A stretch of DNA of 32,000 nt from the NCBI RefSeq assembly GCF_900232105.1, contig NZ_LT934425.1, forward strand, positions 1,920,001 through 1,952,000, written 5' to 3'. The position numbers and the translations under genes are program-made. This DNA comes from Candidatus Kuenenia stuttgartensis (GTDB lineage Bacteria; Planctomycetota; Brocadiia; Brocadiales; Brocadiaceae). Below the pieces are notes generated by a model. That model did no database searches. It was given only the letters and a program-made list of their open reading frames with translations, and was not told where the DNA came from. Each line of letters begins with the position of its first letter. The stretch's first letter is position 1. This document shows, piece by piece, positions 27,061 to 32,000 of this stretch.

Positions 27061-28551
27061 CTAAAATGCAATTTCGTACTGTAATCTGTACTTGTTTTCT
27101 CTTTTATCCTGTTCGTCGCCTTGCTCAGTGATAAAAGTGCCAAAATCGGCCTGTATTTTTGACCGATGACCACGGAAATAATAATTTATTCCCGCTGTAT
27201 ACTCCCTTTGAATATCGTTTGATACATCATCATCCGGGTCAACCATGGAATAGCGTGCCGCTATCTCAAGTTTTTTTGGTATAACAAAATAACCGGCCTG
27301 TGTAAAAAATCCGTCTGACCCCACGGAATCCCCGCCGCCATCAGACTCAGGATTTTCTGTCATCATATAGTATTCGCTATCCCATGCAATGCCCTTATAC
27401 CTTAAGCCGAAATCAATCACACCTACTATTATATCCGTATCATCGCGTTTTACATCCCTCTTCTTTCCATTAAAGGCTACGGATGATCCAAAAGTAGCTT
27501 TAAGGGTTTTGGAATATCCAATGTCCGTTCCGTCGTAGTAATTAAATTTTCCAAACGGATTATATCTCAGGCTCAACACGGACATGATTTCGTTATCGAG
27601 ATTTTCGTCTTTTCCTGTAATCCTTTTTGAGGGATTATCACCGGCCCCCTGAAATACTGCGGCATGGTATTCAATGTGTCCGTCAAACGGTCTTCCGTAA
27701 ATATCCAGGCCATAGTCACGGTACTGGCCAAAGGCATCACTGGCAATGGCTCTATCCTGAAACAACAGTCTTTGCGAGGAGACAACCATTTCTCTGTTAA
27801 ACGGTACTTTAAAATATCCAATTTTTGCGTTCAATTCTTTATAAGGCGTCCAGTACAAGTAGAAATCCCTTAATTGAACATCGAAGCTATCCGCATCTAT
27901 AGCCCAGTAATAATTAATCGTTTTGCTATAGATGTTTCCCCCCATATAGATTCTTGCCCGGCGGACATCAATATTTTGAGTATCTACACCCCCGAAATCT
28001 CCGTCCTTGTCATTATACTGATACCTCATCTGCAATCTGCCGCCTATGTTTAGCGAATAATCGCCGCTGTGCGACCGAATACTTAGTGCATAGCTACTAT
28101 CATCAGGCGTGTAGAATATATCACATATATCTGCTTCTGTCCTGCTCCTCTCCAATAATGGAATGTCTGGCAGGCCAATCCCCAATTTCTCGCGCACCTC
28201 ATCCGAGGACAGATAGTTCTCAACCTCATGCTTTACTTCATCTTTTATTTCTTCTGTTGCAATTACCACGGGTTTTTCACTTATAGACTCTACACGACTT
28301 TTCAATTCTTTGATTTGCTCCTGCTGGCTCAATGCTATGATTTCCATCTGTTTCAACATTTTTTGCTGTATTGAAAACGCCTCCTCCATTTGTTTCAATT
28401 GCCCTTTTAATTCCTCCAGTTCGTCACCATATGCCATGCAAGGCCGCATCGTATTGACTACTAAAACACTACATACTATTAATAAACGCCAAAGTACACG
28501 TTTAAATTTTCTGCCAAACACAAAAACCCTCCTTTCTAAAAAAAACTGCAA
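27061..28551 (-). CDS. Phosphate-selective porin O/P-like outer membrane porin with N-terminal coiled coil
   Basis: Signal-peptide-like N-terminus, ELEELKGQLKQMEEAF coiled coil, LNIGGRLQMRYQY...DVRRARIYMGGNIY...AKIGYFKVPFNREMVVSS, terminal YRLQYEIAF. Confidence 0.82.
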   Translation of the reverse strand: MQFFLERRVFVFGRKFKRVLWRLLIVCSVLVVNTMRPCMAYGDELEELKGQLKQMEEAFSIQQKMLKQMEIIALSQQEQIKELKSRVESISEKPVVIATEEIKDEVKHEVENYLSSDEVREKLGIGLPDIPLLERSRTEADICDIFYTPDDSSYALSIRSHSGDYSLNIGGRLQMRYQYNDKDGDFGGVDTQNIDVRRARIYMGGNIYSKTINYYWAIDADSFDVQLRDFYLYWTPYKELNAKIGYFKVPFNREMVVSSQRLLFQDRAIASDAFGQYRDYGLDIYGRPFDGHIEYHAAVFQGAGDNPSKRITGKDENLDNEIMSVLSLRYNPFGKFNYYDGTDIGYSKTLKATFGSSVAFNGKKRDVKRDDTDIIVGVIDFGLRYKGIAWDSEYYMMTENPESDGGGDSVGSDGFFTQAGYFVIPKKLEIAARYSMVDPDDDVSNDIQREYTAGINYYFRGHRSKIQADFGTFITEQGDEQDKRENKYRLQYEIAF

Positions 28552-28625
28552 AAATAAATCACATCGGCGCTTCCGAAATACGATATATCATATTTGACAT
28601 AACGATAATGAAAATTTACACTTTT

Positions 28626-29495
28626 TTATAGCGGCTTGAACAAGACAACATCTGAAGACTTTGCCCCAATAATAACGTCATCTCCAATTTTTAAGTTTAA
28701 TCTTTGCACCTCTTCGGTATCGATGAGTGTTTTAAAATATTGCTCCGCGTGCAAAACAGTAACTATTGTCATGATAGTATCGTGTTCGGTACCGACGACT
28801 TTACCTGCCAGCTGTATCCGCGTACTGAGCCTTTTCCCCAAAAAAACTTCTTCCGGAGTCCCCTGCTTTATTACACTGCCGGAATGTATCACAACAACGT
28901 TGTCTGCCATTTTATAGGTTTCCGGAATATCATGTGTTACATACAGGGTTGTTACCTTAAGCTGGCGCAGGATACGCTTCAGATCATCCTGCAATTGCCT
29001 GCGCGTCTGCCAATCCACGGCGGAAAGCGGTTCGTCCATTAACAAAATATCGGGTTCTCTTGCCAGCGCCCTTATAAGCGCTACTCTTTGTTTTTGTCCG
29101 CCTGACAATTGAGACGGATAATAATGCTCGTAACCGGAAAGCCCGACAAGTGCAAGCAGGTCTTTTACTTTATCCCCCTCATGCCTTTTTTTTGCCCCAT
29201 ATAATACATTCTTTTCAACCGTCAGGTGCGGAAACAATGCATAATCCTGAAAGACAAAGCCAACCGACCGGTATTGTGGGGGAAGGTTTATATTGTTTTG
29301 CTTGTCAAACCAGACGTCGTTTCCGTTTTGAATGCTGCCATTATCCGCCGTTGACAGTCCGGAGACAAAACGCAATATGCTCGACTTTCCTGCGCCTGAC
29401 GGACCAAATAAAACGGTGACCTCCCCCGTGGATATTTTAAATGCAGCATCGAGTTGAAAGGAATGCCATTTTTTCTGAAGGTTGACAACTAACAA
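28626..29495 (-). CDS. modC: Molybdate-type ABC transporter ATP-binding protein
   Basis: Walker A FGPSGAGKSS, LSGGQKQRVALIRAL, LLMDEPLSAVD, C-terminal TOBE-like region. Confidence 0.9.
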   Translation of the reverse strand: MLVVNLQKKWHSFQLDAAFKISTGEVTVLFGPSGAGKSSILRFVSGLSTADNGSIQNGNDVWFDKQNNINLPPQYRSVGFVFQDYALFPHLTVEKNVLYGAKKRHEGDKVKDLLALVGLSGYEHYYPSQLSGGQKQRVALIRALAREPDILLMDEPLSAVDWQTRRQLQDDLKRILRQLKVTTLYVTHDIPETYKMADNVVVIHSGSVIKQGTPEEVFLGKRLSTRIQLAGKVVGTEHDTIMTIVTVLHAEQYFKTLIDTEEVQRLNLKIGDDVIIGAKSSDVVLFKPL

Positions 29496-29515
29496 TTGCG
29501 TGCTTCTCCGTTCAT

Positions 29516-29932
29516 TTAGATGCCCTTTTTGTTTTTAAATAAAATCAATTCGGTTGATTTGATAATTGCTGTTATTTCTTCTCCTGTTTGCATATTCATT
29601 TCTTCTAATGAAGCATTGGTGACAATTGCGCAGAGCGTGTCTCCCTGGGATTCAAAAATAACCTTTGACAGCACATCGCCCCGGAGAATGGTTACAACAA
29701 CTCCTGTTATAAAATTTCTGGCGCTCAACATGCCTCGAAATGCCTTTGCCAGTATCAGGTCTGTGCTTTTCATAAGCACACTGATAGCATCCCCCTCGAA
29801 AATATTCATATCGTCGCAAGAGGCTGTAGTGATAACGGCGCTCAGAGGGATGTCTTTCCACATGATTTGAATATGGGTATGAATCCTGCCCTTATTGATT
29901 TTCATTATTTTGCCATTAAGTTTGCAGGCCAT
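29516..29932 (-). CDS. Tandem Mop/TOBE-domain molybdate-binding protein (molbindin-like)
   Basis: Two repeats, LNGKIMKINKG...ISVLMKSTDLILAK and ARNFITGVVVTILRGDV...EEITAIIKSTELILFK. Confidence 0.87.
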   Translation of the reverse strand: MACKLNGKIMKINKGRIHTHIQIMWKDIPLSAVITTASCDDMNIFEGDAISVLMKSTDLILAKAFRGMLSARNFITGVVVTILRGDVLSKVIFESQGDTLCAIVTNASLEEMNMQTGEEITAIIKSTELILFKNKKGI

Positions 29933-29934
29933 AG

Positions 29935-30267
29935 TTATTTTCCGAAAATGCGCTTAAATTCCTTTTCCGCTAAAGTGTTAAGCCTGTTTTTATAGGTATT
30001 AAAATTTATCATCAGCCTTTTCGCGTCCTCTGTCAGTACCGCGCCACCGCCGCCCTTTCCCCCCGTAGTAACTTTTAACAATTTAATCCCCAACACCTTT
30101 TCAGTAGCCCTTATTTTCCCCCATGCCGCACGATATGACATCCCCATCTCCTTTGCCGCGGCGTTAAGAGAACCAAGCCTGTCTACCGCCTCAAGCAGCA
30201 ATCTCCTGCCTTCGGCAAATGCAACGCCATCCCCGCATTCCAGCCATATTTTTATTTTTGCCTTCAT
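29935..30267 (-). CDS. modE: ModE-type N-terminal LysR-like HTH regulator
   Basis: LLEAVDRLGSLNAAAKEMGMSYRAAWGKIRATEKVLGIKLLKVTTGGKGGGGAVLTEDAKRL. Confidence 0.88.
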   Translation of the reverse strand: MKAKIKIWLECGDGVAFAEGRRLLLEAVDRLGSLNAAAKEMGMSYRAAWGKIRATEKVLGIKLLKVTTGGKGGGGAVLTEDAKRLMINFNTYKNRLNTLAEKEFKRIFGK

Positions 30268-30373
30268 ACATTACCCCTTCGGCGGCTTTCACGTACATAT
30301 CCTTTGCGCGATTAGGTTGCAAATCTGAACCCGGCGAGTACATCATTTCGTTAAAATGTGTACGTAAAAAAAT

Positions 30374-30453
30374 GTCCTTGCGAGGAGTGGAGCGACAAAG
30401 CAATCTCTTGTTCCCAAAAAACTTAAGATTGCTTCGCTGTCGTTTGCAATGAC
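30374..30453. repeat. Imperfect inverted repeat of the widespread 'TTGCGAGGAGYGRAGCGAC...GCAATGAC' type
   Basis: gtccttgcgaggagtggagcgacaaagcaatctc ... agattgcttcgctgtcgtttgcaatgac. Confidence 0.75.
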
Positions 30454-30758
30454 GGTATCAATGTAGATATTTTAATGAAACGTTATACTAGTCGCACTAC
30501 TTGAGTTAATCCCGCAAGATGTAAATTCCTGTATATAAAATCTGATTACGCATTATGCCATAATAGACATAGCGATATCAATGATAATTTGTTTTTAGTG
30601 GGCATTGAGAATTGAATATTTTTCTTACTGCACAACATGCGTTGCACGGTTTTTAAAATAGATATTGCAGATACTCTGGCAAATACTATAATAATTTGAT
30701 TATGCACGGATTTTCACCTGTAATTGCCATTGTTGACAATTTTTTCCCTTGCTAAACC

Positions 30759-31502
30759 ATGATAAAATTTCTGGAACCTGAATGGCACGACAAATTATCA
30801 TCTACCAACACCGTCCTTCTGCGCTGGCTTAAAAATGAAAAAGATATTCCCACAGGATTTGTATTGGCTGCCCTTGAGCAAACAGCCGGTCATGGTCGAA
30901 GCAATCATCATTGGCTTTCACAACCTGGAGAAGATCTCACCTTTTCCTTTCTTTTGTCTACCCGGCATGACCTTTCGGGGCTTGCTTCACTCTCCATGGC
31001 AATTTCACTGGGAATCGCTTCCGCCCTGGATACCTTTGGTTTCACGACACAAACGAAGTGGCCAAACGACCTTCTTGTGAGGGGTCGTAAAATCGGTGGA
31101 ATTCTTTCCGAGGAGAGTGGCGTGAAACGCCCGAACGGGCATGCTGCCATCGTTGTTGGCGTGGGAGTCAATGTGAATATGCAGGAGCCGCAGGTTTCTT
31201 CTATGAAAAAACCCGCAACTTCTCTTCGCATAGAGACCGGCAAAAAACATCTCATCAGGGATGTTCTCAATATTATTCTTGAAATGCTGCCTCAGTGGAT
31301 CGACCGTTGGGAAGCCGGCGGATTTCCAGCCATACGTAACGAATGGCTCGCGCGCTGCTGTTTCGTAGGAGAGCGTATAACCCTGGGAGAGGGAATGGAA
31401 CAAAGGTCGGGTATCTTGACGGGATTCGGGGAGAAAGGGCAAATCATCCTTCGCGGTGATGATGGTTTATTGTGTGATGTTTGGGCGGGAGAAGTAGAAT
31501 AA
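30759..31502 (+). CDS. birA: Biotin-[acetyl-CoA-carboxylase] ligase
   Basis: SSTNTVLLRW, EQTAGHGRSNHHWLSQPGEDLTFSFLL, KWPNDLLVRGRKIGGILSE, GVGVNVN. Confidence 0.93.
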   Translation: MIKFLEPEWHDKLSSTNTVLLRWLKNEKDIPTGFVLAALEQTAGHGRSNHHWLSQPGEDLTFSFLLSTRHDLSGLASLSMAISLGIASALDTFGFTTQTKWPNDLLVRGRKIGGILSEESGVKRPNGHAAIVVGVGVNVNMQEPQVSSMKKPATSLRIETGKKHLIRDVLNIILEMLPQWIDRWEAGGFPAIRNEWLARCCFVGERITLGEGMEQRSGILTGFGEKGQIILRGDDGLLCDVWAGEVE

Positions 31503-31510
31503 CCCGCCTT

Positions 31511-32000
31511 TTAGTTTATAAACGCAAGCACCTGTCCGGTGACAATCTGGTCGCATTCTTTTACCTTTATATCTATTACTGTTCCCTCTGCAGGGCTTGA
31601 AACGTGTATTTCCATTTTCATTGCCTCAACAACTAAAATTGACTGCCCGGAATGAAGATAATCTCCGATCCTTGAGGTGAGCCGAATCACCTTCCCGGGC
31701 ATTTGCGCTTTTACCGCAAGGCCTTCTTCCTTAATTTTCTTTACGCCTACAGCCGTTACTGCCTCCGGTGTTTTGTGAATTTCTACCTGATAGATTTTAC
31801 CATTTACCTTTGCCTTGTTTCCTTCAATCGTAACCGAATACTCTTTTCCGTTCACCGTCAGCAGGTATTCCTGCGATCTGACTTGCCGGTTCTGTTCGTC
31901 ATTGGCAACGATTTGTCCTCCCTTTTTATCCACCAGGCGAATCCCCATCTCTGCTTTTCCCTTAAGGAATTTCAACCCCTTATCCGTGCATGTGGCAACG
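31511..32000 (-). CDS. C-terminal part of a biotin-dependent carboxylase (pyruvate/oxaloacetate type), open at the window edge
   Basis: Biotinyl motif VVEAMKMEIHV. The frame stays open upstream of 31975 to the window end (VATCTDKGLKFLKGKAE...), resembling the end of a carboxyltransferase domain. Confidence 0.8.
   Translation of the reverse strand, partial: VATCTDKGLKFLKGKAEMGIRLVDKKGGQIVANDEQNRQVRSQEYLLTVNGKEYSVTIEGNKAKVNGKIYQVEIHKTPEAVTAVGVKKIKEEGLAVKAQMPGKVIRLTSRIGDYLHSGQSILVVEAMKMEIHVSSPAEGTVIDIKVKECDQIVTGQVLAFIN

Noticed and set aside
1-32000. CRISPR arrays, tRNA or rRNA genes
   Set aside because: No regularly spaced repeats or recognisable tRNA/rRNA sequence found by eye; a tool such as tRNAscan-SE or a CRISPR finder would be decisive.

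Overview
Chromosomal window with two intact insertion sequences and several decayed duplicate genes. An octaheme HAO-like cytochrome suggests an anammox-type planctomycete (inference, not proven). Backbone content: PDZ/J-domain protein; ferredoxin; DUF488 plus Cys-rich small protein; octaheme HAO-like cytochrome c; DUF2024; an IS-interrupted aldo/keto reductase; hemerythrin; DsrE; a pterin/folate cluster (folE, PTR1-like SDR, folB, folK); DUF488 plus Mug-like glycosylase; FNR-like reductase; ClC pseudogene; rubredoxin; cupin; NDH-2-like oxidoreductase; a duplicated VOC/PPOX region carrying DoxX, Fsr-type MFS and a rhodanese-NAT ORF; a molybdate-type operon (modE-mop-modC-porin-modA-modB); birA; and a biotinyl carboxylase C-terminus at the window edge. 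The strongest observation concerns the two ISs, whose ends and target duplications I could locate by eye. An ISAs1-type element (5596..7656, 10-bp TSD) and an IS66-type element (17976..20342, 8-bp TSD) encode unrelated transposases. Both also carry a homologous DUF4338/DruA-like domain: fused N-terminally in the first, and as an upstream overlapping gene in the second, where IS66 tnpA/tnpB would normally sit. This points to a shared accessory transposition factor related to the anti-phage protein DruA. All family calls come from reading motifs; no database search was run.
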